The notes beneath the pieces were generated by a model. That model saw only the letters and a list, made by a program, of their open reading frames with translations. It had not been told where the DNA came from and did no database searches. From the human T2T-CHM13v2.0 reference genome, Homo sapiens, in NCBI RefSeq assembly GCF_009914755.1, contig NC_060928.1: a DNA stretch of 64,000 nucleotides; one strand, given 5' to 3'. Position numbers and translations under genes: made by a program. This document shows positions 1 through 13,019 of this stretch, one piece after another; position 1 is the stretch's first letter; every line of letters starts with the position of its first letter.

Positions 1-323
1 CATGCTTAACTTTTTCTTCTTAAAATTATTCATAGATCTACTGTCTGTTGTCAAGGGGAATATATTCAGGTCTAGTCTTCTTATAATAGCAGAGGTCTTG
101 GTAAAATAACTACCATATATAACGTGTTATTGCCATCTAGAAGAACTATGATGAGAAAGATACATTTATATATTATGTAAAATGTTAACTATCATCATAT
201 GGACTCTATGTAACACAAATTCAAAAGCAAACTAAAAGCTATATGCAGAGTTTTGTATAAAACAATAGAACAGAAATTTGGGACATTTTTCTAGGAAATA
301 AAATTCCTCGGTGTATTAATCTA

Positions 324-727
<404 letters not shown>

Positions 728-1038
728 CTAAGCCTGTGTGTTATAATTTACCAGTTCCCCAAAATGCCATTTTTAACGCCGAACTGTGTAATATACATGG
801 AAAACAGCTTTTTACAATTAATTTTCAAAGTTGTAATTTTAAAGAATTTGGGTGTATACCTATGTTAATGAAACAACAGAAGTACAAAAAAGAATATCAG
901 ATACAAAAATCAATCGTGAAGAAAATCTGTTCTTAATATATTTCATTATGATTGAAAAACATAAAAACTAACATAGGAAAGTGAATGATCAGTTACTTAT
1001 GATATATTTTGTTTCCTCTTGTGGTTTAATAAAGTGAA

Positions 1039-1062
1039 GTGTGTGTGTGTGTGTGTGTGTGT
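1039..1062. repeat. (GT)n microsatellite
   Basis: Direct reading. Confidence 0.95.
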
Positions 1063-1534
1063 ATACCTGGGGGTGGGCAGTGCTCTTTTTCTAAAACTAA
1101 TATGGCTTATATATCTGAATTATGCCCTTTTTAGTGTGTATTAGGATGTGGGCTGGTTTGCTTTTCTACCACCTTTGTAATTTTATGTATCCCATCTCCT
1201 TTGTGTGAATTCATATATTATAGCAAAATACAAGAGACATGGGACTGTTTGCAATACCATATGGAAATCTTTTAATAAATATATGTAAATAAAATAAAAA
1301 ATATTTGTCTCCACCTTTTCCCCAAAAGCAACAGCAAGACATATTTTGTTAGATATTTTATTTTTAATGTTTTCTATAATTTAAAAATGTATAGCCTGCC
1401 AAATGTTGTTTTCATAACCATGATATTGTTTTGAAAAAATTTTATCTTAAAATACTGAATGTTCTGACCTTTTATAGATGTTTTTGATTTTGTTTTAAAT
1501 AATTTTAAATTATGGAGCTTGACCTAGATTTGCC

Positions 1535-1540
1535 AATAAA
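1535..1540 (+). terminator. Candidate distal polyadenylation signal AATAAA
   Basis: tgccAATAAActttctagcc followed by T-rich downstream sequence (tatttattttctctttctt). Confidence 0.45.
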
Positions 1541-2139
1541 CTTTCTAGCCTATTTATTTTCTCTTTCTTACAAATAAGGTTTTTATAATTTTATATTAGG
1601 GATACTCTTAATTCTAAAATTAAGTAAAGTTTATTCAAATCAAACTTTATCATGGTGGGATATGGACAAATCCCTGAACATAGGTGCCAGGCACCTTTCT
1701 TAACTGACTTTTATTTCCATTTAGTTCAAAATAATAAGAAATGAAGCCAAAGTTTATTTTTGTTATCTGTCCACAAAATGGTTAAACGTGTGTGCGTATG
1801 AATATACGCTCTTCTCACTTGCAAATGCTCTTTGTTGAGCACATTGACTCCCATTAGACTATGACACCTGTTGCCGTACCTTATTGTAATTCATCATACA
1901 AGTGATCTCATACTTCTCTCCCTAATTCTTAGAAGACTTTAGCAAGTGGCTTACTATCTTTCTACCATTAGTTCTATTATCAGCCTTTTTATATCAGTAT
2001 CTTCTTGGGCCAATGGTTATTGACTATACCTGCACATTGTAGTTATCTGGAGAATTTTAATGAATAACTGATGTCTGAACCCCTACACCAGACCAAATAT
2101 ATCAGAAATTCTGCAATTGAAGTATGGTCTTTTAAAAAT

Positions 2140-2590
2140 TTTTAAACTTAAAATTGACATATAATGTACATATTTATGAGGTACGTAGTGATGTTTCAAT
2201 ACATATATTGTGATCTAATCATTGTAATTAGCATATCCATCATCTCATTTATCATTTTGTGTTGAGAACATTCAGTATCCTCTTCCTAGACATTTGAAGC
2301 CATATATTAACTATAGTCACCCTGCAGTGGTAGAGAATACTAGGAACTTCTTCTTCCTATCTAGCTATAATTTTGTATCCTTTAGCAAATGTCTCCCTAT
2401 TGCTCCCTTTCCCCTATCCTTCCCAGCCTCTAGTATCCTCTATTCTACTTTTTACTTCTGTGAGATCTTTTTTTTAGCTTATACATACGAGTGAGAACAT
2501 GCAGTGTTTAACTTTCTGTTTCTCACTTATTTCACTTAATTAACAATGTCCTCCAGTTCCTTCCATGTGACTGAGAATGACATGATGGTG
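2140..2590 (-). mobile_element. L1MA-type 3' end fragment
   Basis: Resembles old L1 3' UTR (gtgagaacatgcagtgtttaactttctgt...atttcacttaa). Confidence 0.7.
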
Positions 2591-2911
2591 GTTTTGTTTG
2601 TTTGTGTGTTTTTAAGGTCCCCTACAAGACTGTTATGTTCAGCAGGGTTAATAATGTTAATTTAAGAGGCTGATCCATCAAATTGATTTCATGACCCACT
2701 AATGGGACTTAACATATAGTTTTGAAGAACACTGCTTTAGATCTTGTCGTCACCTCCACAGTCCCAATTTCTAGCATCCTACTCACCCCTCTTTCTAGGT
2801 TACTGTTTTGATTATGAATATACCAACAATTCTTTGACTCCACTAGGTTCTTCAGACAATTGATTCTATCATCTATCACTTATCTATAATTTCATCACCC
2901 TCACTTTCTTT

Positions 2912-3215
<304 letters not shown>

Positions 3216-3659
3216 CATCACCCTCACTTTCTTTAGCATAGACATCATTGTCCTTGCACATCCCCTAAATTCTTATCCTTCTGATCTGAAAAACATCCAG
3301 CTGCTTGCATCTATACCTACTGACTCTTTTTACTTTAAATTTATGGCCCTGAAAATCAAAGGCCCGCAGCACTGTGTGACAATCCTTATACACTGTTCTG
3401 ATCAATTCACACTTAACCTCTCCCCAACAAGTATTCTCCTCTTTATTCAGACCTTCTATGCTTCTCTCACTTTGTTTCTTTTTTTTCTATGAGACAAGGG
3501 AAACAATAGAAAAGAAATTTCTCACTCTCCAAATCTATCAACGTGTTCTCTATCCAACTAATTTTCTTTCTTCCTATTAGGACATGAACCATCTCTACCC
3601 TTTAGCCATTCTGTCTAGTTGTGATCAGTAGCCATCTCTTCTACTGGAAAGACTTCTGT

Positions 3660-3962
<303 letters not shown>

Positions 3963-4302
3963 CCCACATTCCTGAGTCATTTTTGCTCTATTGGCTTGTT
4001 CTCACTTGCATATATACCTCCCATTTTTAATCTCCCATTTTAAAACCTTCCCAGGCCCTACCATTCCATTTTTGTACCCTTTATAGCAAAAATTCCCAGA
4101 AAAGAGTTATCTAACTCATGTCATCTCCCCCTTAACACCCACCTTTCTTGAACTACTGCAGTCATGCTTAAATTCCCATTACTCCAGTGAAACAGTCCTC
4201 ATGTTGTCAAATCTGATGGATCACCATCAGTCTTCTGTTTACTCCATTTCTCAGCAGCATTTGACATACTGATTTTTCCATTCTTTAAAAAAGATTCTCT
4301 TT

Positions 4303-4981
<679 letters not shown>

Positions 4982-5267
4982 TCAGTTTCTTTTATTGTAT
5001 TTACTAACATTTCCTGACTTTTTTTTTCATTTGATGAGGGTTTTTTTTGTGGTAAACATACCATACAAATTATCGTTTTACCCATTTTTAATTGTACAGT
5101 GCAGTAGTGTTAGGTTTATTCACATGATTGTGAAATATCTTCTCAACTTTTAAAGGAGTATCCTAGGGTCTTAGTTCATCTCTACTTACTCTCTTGTTAA
5201 CTTCAGAATTTATCTCTTCAGTTTCTGCCTTTTTTTTCTGAATTCTAGGCACATATATCTAAGTACC

Positions 5268-5641
5268 TGCATTAGTTGTTTCTCACATTGCTATAAAGAT
5301 ACTACCTAAGACTGGGTAGTTTATAAAGAAAGGAGGTTTAATTGACTCGCAGTTCCACATGGCTGGGGAGGCCTCAGGAAACTTACAATCATGGCGGAAG
5401 GTGAAGGGGAAGCAAGGCACATCTCACATGGTGGCAGCAGAGAGAGAGAGAGAGAGCACAAGCACAAAGAGGGCAGTACCACACACTCAAACCATCAGCT
5501 TGTGAGAACTCACCATTATGAGAACAGCAAGGGGGAAATCTGCCCTCATGATCCAATCACCTCCACCAGGTCCCTCCCTCCATACATGGGGATTACAATT
5601 CGAAAGAAGATTTGAGTGGGGGACACAGCAAAACCATATCA
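5268..5641 (-). mobile_element. THE1 (THE1D-like) MaLR solo LTR
   Basis: tgcattagt...aaaccatatca termini; ggaggcctcaggaaacttacaatcatggcggaagg core; 5-bp TSD gtacc/gcacc. Confidence 0.85.
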
Positions 5642-5707
5642 GCACCTATTCAATATCTCCACTTAACCCAAAGTCACAGTAAACAGCTAAGTAAATCGTA
5701 CCACCAT

Positions 5708-6080
5708 TGTATTAGTCTGTTCTCACACTGCTATAAAGAAATCCCTGAGGGGGTAATCTGTGAAGAAAAGAGGTTTGATTGGCCACAGTTCTGCTGGCTG
5801 TACAGGAAGCATGGCACTGGCATCTGCTTCTGAGGAAGCTTCAGGAAGCTTTTACTCATGGTGGAAGGCAAAGCGGGAACAGGCCCCTTACATGGCAGGA
5901 GCAGGACAGAGAGAGCAGAGAGGTGCTACACACTTTTAAACAGCCAGATCTCATGAGAATTCACTCAATATACAGAACCAAAGGGTAAATGGTGCTAAAC
6001 CATTCATGACAACTTTGCCCCCATGAGCCAATCACCTCCCACCTGGCTACACCTTCAGCATCAAGGATAAGACTTCAACA
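5708..6080 (-). mobile_element. MST (MSTB-like) MaLR LTR, partial
   Basis: tgtattagtctgttctcacactgctataaag...gctgtacaggaagcatggcactggcatctgcttc. Confidence 0.8.
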
Positions 6081-6099
6081 CCTATTTAATCCAAACAAC

Positions 6100-7145
6100 A
6101 GGCTAGGACCAAACCTGTTCAATTTGTCTCATATAATATTTAATTAAGGTGAATATCAATAGGAATCCAAGCAGCAGGAAGAGGCCAGCTAGCAGTATTA
6201 GCCTCATTCATGCCTCCCAGGAGTCTAGACATAGCCAACTGTGAATACCTACCATGGTGAGAGCAGAGGGTGTTATTTTATTCATCCAGAACGTAGCCTA
6301 AAGCCAATCTGTTACCCGTCATGACGCATGCAGTTTAGACTGATCTGAGAATCTTGGATGCCATTGACAAGCAGACAATAGATGAGCCAGAAAGCAGCAC
6401 TCATCCACAGTGGAGAGAGTCCATGGCTCCGTCTCCCCCATGTACAAACGTATAACCCAAAAGGTCCCCAGTCACTCCAGTTTGGGTTTTGTGGATCATG
6501 GGCTGGTTAAGACACATGGACTATCCAGGTGTGGTGGCTCACACCTGTAATCCCAGCACTTTGGGAGGCCAAGGCAGTTGGATCACCTGAGATCAGGGGT
6601 TCGAGACCAACCTGACCAATATGGTGAAACCCCATCTCTACTAAAAATACAAAAATTAGCCAGGCATGGTGGTGCACACTTCTCATTCCAGCTACTCAGG
6701 AGGCTGAGGCAGGAGAATCGCTTGAACCAGGAGGCAGAGGTTGCAGTGAGCCAAGGTCGCGTCACTGCATTCCAGCCAGGGTGACAAGAGTGAAACTCCA
6801 TCTCAAAAAAAAAAAAAAAGACAAAGACACATGGACTATGTCACTGAGTAGTTGCAGCCTTGATAGTCACACATGGCACCACCCAAAGCTGCTCAGCAGA
6901 GAGGAGGAGATGCATATGAATTTGTATCCACCAGATTGAAAAAACGCTGTGCTAGTCTGTGTGTCTGTGCATGGACAAGGTGGAGTCCATGTTTGGGGGC
7001 TGCCATTGACAGCAATAGGTACAGCAAAATGGTTCAAGAGCAGCCACACCCACGAGTTTGTTTTCATAGCACGTGGACAGGGATGACAGATACGGCAGCA
7101 GGTCAGATTGCCAGCCACTGCAGTTTCTTGCCTCAGGCAGACCAT
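6100..7145 (-). pseudogene. env-like remnant (SU CxxC, ISD-like and TM anchor motifs)
   Basis: NLTCCRICHP (in ORF 6867..7145); NGIQDSQISLN/ACVMTGNRLALGYVLDE*NNTLC (~6265-6368); RLILLAGLFLLLGFLLIFTLIK (~6140-6205). Confidence 0.6.
6525..6823 (+). mobile_element. AluS inserted in the ERV
   Basis: TSD aagacacatggactat at 6509 and 6824. Confidence 0.95.
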
Positions 7146-7199
7146 ATGATTTGTCGCCAGACTGCAATGTAGGATCTAGGGGACAAAGAGAGCATTCAT

Positions 7200-8165
7200 T
7201 GCTACTGGTTTGGGCCCTGCTCAAAAAATGCTGATTTGTGGGTTAGCTCATATAAAGGACCAAATAGAATGCCCAAGTGAGACACATACTGTCTCCAACA
7301 AAGTCCAATAGGGAGCTCAGCCTCCTTTTTGGTGTTGGGGGCCCAGAGATAAAGGTCTCCCCAATACTGTTACCTGGGTGTCAGAGGCATCATGATTCTG
7401 CCTACATTATCCCAAGAAACTTAACTAGGCAAGCAACCCTCTGAATATTGTTGGGGTTTACCAGCCACCTCTGCTGGTGTAGGTATGGCAACACCCCAGC
7501 CAGGGGCACTGAGACAGGCTTATTTTATTTTATTTTTTTAAGAGACAGGGTCTTAGCTGGGCACAGTGGCTCACTCCTGTAATCCCAGCACTTTGAAAGG
7601 CCAGGGAGGGCAGATCACTTGAGATCAAGGGTTCGAGACCAGCCTGACCAAAATGGTAAAACCCTGTCTCTACTAAAAAATACAAAAATTAGCCAGGCAT
7701 GGTGGTGTGCGCCTGTGGTCCCAGCTGCTCGGGAGACTGAGGCACAAGAATTGCTTGAACCTAGGAGTGGAGGTTGCAGTGAGCCAAGACTCTGTCATTG
7801 CACTCCACTGTGTGCAACAAAGCAATACTCTGTCTCAAAAAAAGAGGGTCTCACTCTGTTGCACACGTTGGAGCCCAATCATAGCTCAGTGCAGCCTCGA
7901 ACTCCTGAGCTTAAGCAATCCTCCCGCTTCAGCCTCCTGAGTAGCTAAGACTACAGGCTCATACCACCATGCCTGGCTAATTTTTTACATATTTTTATTG
8001 AGATGAGGTCTCGTTATGTTGCCCAGGCTGGTCTCAAACTCCTGGCCTCAAGTGATTCTCCCACCTCAGGCTCCCAAAGTGCTGGGATTACAGGTGTGAG
8101 CTGCACCTGGCCTGAGACTGAGGCTTCTGACTTGCCAACCAACAGGACATCATCTATATGGAAAA
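7200..8165 (-). pseudogene. Retroviral reverse transcriptase remnant (C-terminal half, split by Alus)
   Basis: [16 protein letters not shown]|VPLAGVLPYLHQQRWLVNPNNIQRVACLVKFLGIM* reads through once the Alu insertion 7522-8112 and its TSD are removed. Confidence 0.75.
7522..8112. mobile_element. Nested Alus: antisense AluJ with a sense AluS (7555-7842) inserted near its tail
   Basis: Antisense tail 7522-7554, sense dimer, then the antisense body resumes at agggtctcactctg; outer TSD tgagac(a/tga)ggctt. Confidence 0.85.
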
Positions 8166-8299
8166 AAATTTAAATCAGAGGGTAGAGGCACTCATGATCA
8201 CATGCTGGCTACAAATGGCAGGGAGTTTGTCTCACTAGCACATCTCTGCTTTATCTCTTCCCTGCTCGGGAAACCCTCTCTGGCACTTACGGGATGTGA

Positions 8300-8570
8300 A
8301 ATATAACACATCAATTCCTACTATATGTTCAGATGTACAAGCAACAACAGTACAATGAATTAATCCAAAAGGTCCTCCCCATAAGGTCACATTAGCTCCC
8401 TTACCCCACCTCAAACCCTACCCACATCCCATGAGTTAAATCTGAGTACCACTGGACACGGTAGGATGGCAACTTGGTTGCCTGAATCCAAAAGAGCCAG
8501 AGAAATGTGAGTCTCTCCCCTCCTTGAAGTACCTCAGTATATTCATACGGTGTGTATGCCCTCCTTGGGT
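8300..8570 (-). pseudogene. Retroviral aspartyl protease remnant (frameshifted)
   Basis: D-S-G active-site motif plus IVGIDVL C-terminal motif typical of ERVL proteases. Confidence 0.75.
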
Positions 8571-8709
8571 ACAGGGAGACATAGACCCAATCATTTGGTT
8601 CCTTAAAGTAGCAGGACTTTCCTAAACTCAGGAATGAGAAGGAGGGAGAGATTTTCTGGCGCAGTGGGAGAAGGTAGCTCCTCCCTGGTAAGCAAAGCTT
8701 TGTGTTTAC

Positions 8710-9021
8710 TTTTTTTTTGAGACAAGGTCTCACTCTGTCTCCCAGGCTGGAATGCAGTGAGTGGTGTGATCTTGGCTCACTGCAACCCCAACCTCCCAGG
8801 CTCAAGCGATCGTCCCATCTCGGGCTCCCAAGTAGTTGGGGCTACAGATGCATGCTACCACACCCAGCTAATTTGTGTATTATTATTATTATTATTATTA
8901 TTTGAAGAGATGGGGTTTTGCCCTGTTGCCCAGGATGGTCTCGAATTCCAGGGCTCAAGGGATCCACTCACCTCGGCCTCTCAAAGTGTTTGGATTACAG
9001 GTGTGAGCCACCATGTCCAGC
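8710..9021 (-). mobile_element. AluJ with (TAT)n expansion in the middle linker
   Basis: TSD tgtgtttactttt on both sides. Confidence 0.9.
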
Positions 9022-9444
9022 TTGTGTTTACTTTTAATTTCAAGTGGCTGGCAATGGTTAATGGTCCAGACTCAACCAAACAAACCCCAAATTTCATATC
9101 CTTACTGTTGTCACCATTTATTTCCACTTTGGAAACCCCTTGACACAGCCATATTGTCTTTTGACTGGAGCCACAGGGCTTGCCACCCATTGTCATGATA
9201 ACATCCCCTCCTTACCCTGTCTGAGGAGGACAGCACCATGAGGCAGCTTGTTTCAATCCTTCCTCTCATTGCTCAACCTCTAAATATTCATTAACAGGTA
9301 GGACAGTCGGGGATTCCTATTTCTTCCCCCTCACCCAACGCTTGGGCAATAGCACTCACTACCAGATCCTGCACAATCTTCCCACATCCCCTGACCTTAT
9401 CCTTTCTCTTCTCAGTAGCAAGTGCTCTGTCAGCAGCCTATCCT

Positions 9445-9945
9445 TGTTGCCCAAATGGTAAAGAACTATCTGAGATTCTACCCTGCTTGCAAACTAGCAA
9501 GGTAGTTTCCTGAATGCACAGTTTCCTGAATGCTAGCAGAAGACACAAGATTTCTGCGTCAGAGACAAAGTTCCTTGCTACTGCACAGCAGGTAGCATGA
9601 GTTTTGCACCAGTTCCTCATGTCCCCAGATCCCACAGGGACAATACAAGTCAGCCTAGATGAATGCTGCCCATGTAATGAGTTTACATCACAAGCTAAAG
9701 AACTGGAACTTAGGAAAACTCAGCCTTCTTTCTACAAGGGGCTGCAGGCAAACCTGCCCCAACTTTACCCTGGGAGGAGACAGCAAACAAACCTTCTCCC
9801 TGCTTGGGGATGACATTATCTCTTTTTCCTAAAACTGTTTGCTGTACAAATATCCTGGAAAAGACAGTCTAGGAAAAACTGCCAGAGCCTTTGCTCAAAA
9901 GATATGCAGAAACAAGAGGATTAGCAAAGAAATTTTCCACCCAAA
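9445..9945 (-). mobile_element. LTR40-like ERVL LTR (5' LTR of the provirus)
   Basis: Reverse complement matches recalled LTR40 (tttctgcatatcttttgagcaaagg...tttgtctctgacgcagaaatcttgtgtcttctgctagcatt...gcaagcagggtagaatctcag...caaca). Confidence 0.7.
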
Positions 9946-10519
9946 ATGTTAAATTTTTTATTTTGGTAAAATATACATGAAATTTACCATTTTAACAATT
10001 TTTAAGTGACTATTCTGTGGCATTGAGTACATTCACAATATTATACAACTATCACCACTATCCATTGCCTGAACTATAATATTATTTTTAATGCACTACT
10101 GGTTTTTATTTTCTAGTACTTTACTGAGATTTTAAAATCTATGCTCAGAAGTGGGACTGACCTACAGTTTCCCGTTGAGTGCAAGCAGCATGGTCTGGCT
10201 TTGATGTCATAGTATCCTGGCTTCCAAGAACAAATGGTAAAACCTTCTCTTCCCATATTCTGGAATTCTTTGCATTACATGGAACTGGCTCATAAAATCA
10301 CCTGGGTAGGTGTCTTTTTTAGAGGAAACTATCTGACTACCTTTTCAATTTCTTCTACAAATTAGATGTTCTCCCCCTCCTTAAGTCAGCCTGGTAATTA
10401 ATTTTTTTTTGGAAAATCTTCTATCTTATCTACCTTTTTAAAAGGTCATCCATACCTTAGTTGTCTTTTTCTTGTGAGTTATTTCTTGTATCTCTTGACT
10501 GATAGATCAGAAATAAGTC

Positions 10520-10730
10520 ACCTTTCTTCCCTTCCTTTCCTTTTCTTTCTTTCCTTTCTTCGTTCCTTTTCTTCCTTTCTTTTTCTTTCTCTCTTTCTTT
10601 CCTTCCCTCCCTCCTTTCCCTCCTTCCTTCCTTCCCTCCCTCCCTCCTTCCTTCCTTCCCTCCCTCCCTCCTTCCTTCCTTTCTTCTTCCATCCCTCCCT
10701 CCCTTCCTTCCTTCTCTCCTTTCTTCCCTT

Positions 10731-10761
<31 letters not shown>

Positions 10762-10815
10762 CCCCTCCTCCTCCTCCCTCCCTCCCTTCCTCCCCCTTTC
10801 CCTCTTTCTTTCTTT
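10520..10815. repeat. Polypyrimidine low-complexity tract, (CCTT)n/(CT)n, expanded from an Alu tail
   Basis: ~300 bp almost purely C/T adjoining an antisense Alu. Confidence 0.95.
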
Positions 10816-11130
<315 letters not shown>

Positions 11131-11460
11131 TAATTTTGTTGGTAAAATCTACTGTTTGATTTGTTTTCTATTTCATTAACTTCTGCTTTCATTCCTTCCT
11201 TACTTCTGCTTTCTTTTTCATTTGTTCACATTCTTGAGTTATATGTTCAGTTTATTTTTAATCTTGTTTTCTAATTTATGCATTAAAGGCTACAAAATTT
11301 CCTCTGAGAACCTCTTGGACTGTACTCCCACAGGATTTTTTTGGTCATTAGTTTTTGACATTACTTTCTAAGTAGATTCCAACTTCAGTTCTGGATAATT
11401 CTTTATTGGGGTCACCGTGTAACTTATCATCCAAATTGGGACACTTTGGAGAGCAAAATA

Positions 11461-11798
11461 CAGTTTTGCATCACTTACCTACAGGAAACGTGTTGTTCTG
11501 AGAAATTTGCCATTAGGAGATTTCATCATGTGTGACCATCACAGAGTGTACTTACACAAACCTAGGTGGTGCCTACTACACACCTAGGGTAGGTATATGG
11601 TATAGCCTATTGCTCCTAGGTTACAAACCTATACAGCATATTACTGTACAGAATACTGTAGGCAATTATAATATAATGGTATTTGTGTATCTAAACATAG
11701 AAAAGACACAGTAAAAATACAGTATTGTAATCTTATGGGACCACTGTTTTATATACAGTTCTTCATTGGCTAAAATGTCATTTTGCAGTGCATGACAG
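11461..11798. mobile_element. Tigger3a (MER7-type) MITE nested in a MER96B-like hAT fragment (11408-11870)
   Basis: TA-flanked cag...catgacag termini; agagtgtacttacacaaacctag and ggtatagcctattgctcctagg core. Confidence 0.75.
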
Positions 11799-12109
11799 TA
11801 TATGTGTTATGTCAGGAAAATAAGTGCTAACTCAGGCTCTCCTAGGTGAACTGGAAAGTATATTCACCCTATTTTTAACAAAAAAAGTTATTTATTTAAA
11901 AGGAAGTTTTAAAGTTTTTAAGTAGATAGGATTTTGTTACAAATTTCTAATTTATTGAATTTCGATTAAGGAATGTGGCCTGTATGGATTTTGCTTTTTG
12001 AAATTTGTTATGTTTTGGCTTAAAACTTGCTTAACTTTTGTGATCATTCCAAAAACTTTTGTGCAAAATGCATATTTTTTGTTTGTTGGGTATGCACTTC
12101 TTATCTTTT

Positions 12110-12263
12110 CGTTTTGTTTTTTGTTTTTTGTTTTTTTTTTTTTTTGGAGACAGGATCCCGCTTGGTTGCCCAGGCTGAAGTGTGATCATAGCTCACTGCA
12201 GCCTCAAACTCCTGGGCTCATGGGATCCTCCCCCCTCAGTCTCTGGAGTAGCTGGGACTACAG
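12110..12263 (-). mobile_element. Partial Alu (right arm)
   Basis: T-tail plus right monomer only. Confidence 0.8.
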
Positions 12264-12408
12264 AGCTAAAAGATATCAAGTTTGTGAATTCTCTGGATAA
12301 CTATCTTTGTCTACTTGATAAGTTAATTCCAAGAAAAATTAAAATTCCTCTCATGGTGAGGGCAGAGTTGTTTGCTTTTCCTTTTATTTCAGTTTTTGCC
12401 TTAAATAT

Positions 12409-12723
12409 AGTATGTTTCTTGACTTATGATGGGATTATGTCCTGGTACACCCATTGTAAGTTGAAAATATCCCTAAGTTGAAAATGCATTTAATACCTTT
12501 AGCCTACTAAACAATATAGCTTAGTGTAGCCTACCTTAAACATCCTCAGAACACTCATATGAGTTGGACAAAATCATCTAACACAAACCCATTTTATAAT
12601 AAAGTGTTGGCTATCTCATGAAGTTTATTGAATACTATACTGAAAGTGAAAAACAGAATGGTTTCATAGCATCATAAAGTTGAAACAACATAAGCCAAAT
12701 CATCCTAAGTTGGGAACTATCTG
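12409..12723. mobile_element. MER47A-like Tigger-family MITE
   Basis: gacttatgatggg...cccattgtaagttgaaaatat...caaaatcatctaacacaaa...gaactatctg. Confidence 0.75.
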
Positions 12724-13019
12724 TAGTTTATTAAAGCAAGAATTTTATTAACTTTTTTTTACTATTTAAGGAATTTTAATTAAAGCAATAATTTTATTTT
12801 ACTGTTCACCGTTTAAGGAATTTTAATTAAAGCAAGAATTTTATTTTTATTCATTTATTCTTCACTCTGTCAGTAATTTAAAAGCTCTGTTGTTAGATAC
12901 ATACATTTCAGGACTGTTACATATTTTTTGTTGGCTTGCACCTTTTAGCACTTATACTTTTTACCCTGAAATCTCTTTTATCAGACACTAATATTGCAAC
13001 TTATGCTGTCATCTATTTT

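Larger units (their letters stand above)
6085..9444 (-). mobile_element. Decayed ERVL-class (HERVL40-like) proviral internal region interrupted by Alus
   Basis: My minus-strand translations give protease LALLDSGNQVAILP (~8460-8500) and EHIVGIDVL (~8305-8335), [11 protein letters not shown] (8149-8160 = HIDD), WLVNPNNIQRVACLVKFLG (~7410-7470), PNTKKEAE..GLCWRQYVSHLG (~7270-7345), and env-like motifs at 6100-7145. Confidence 0.8.
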
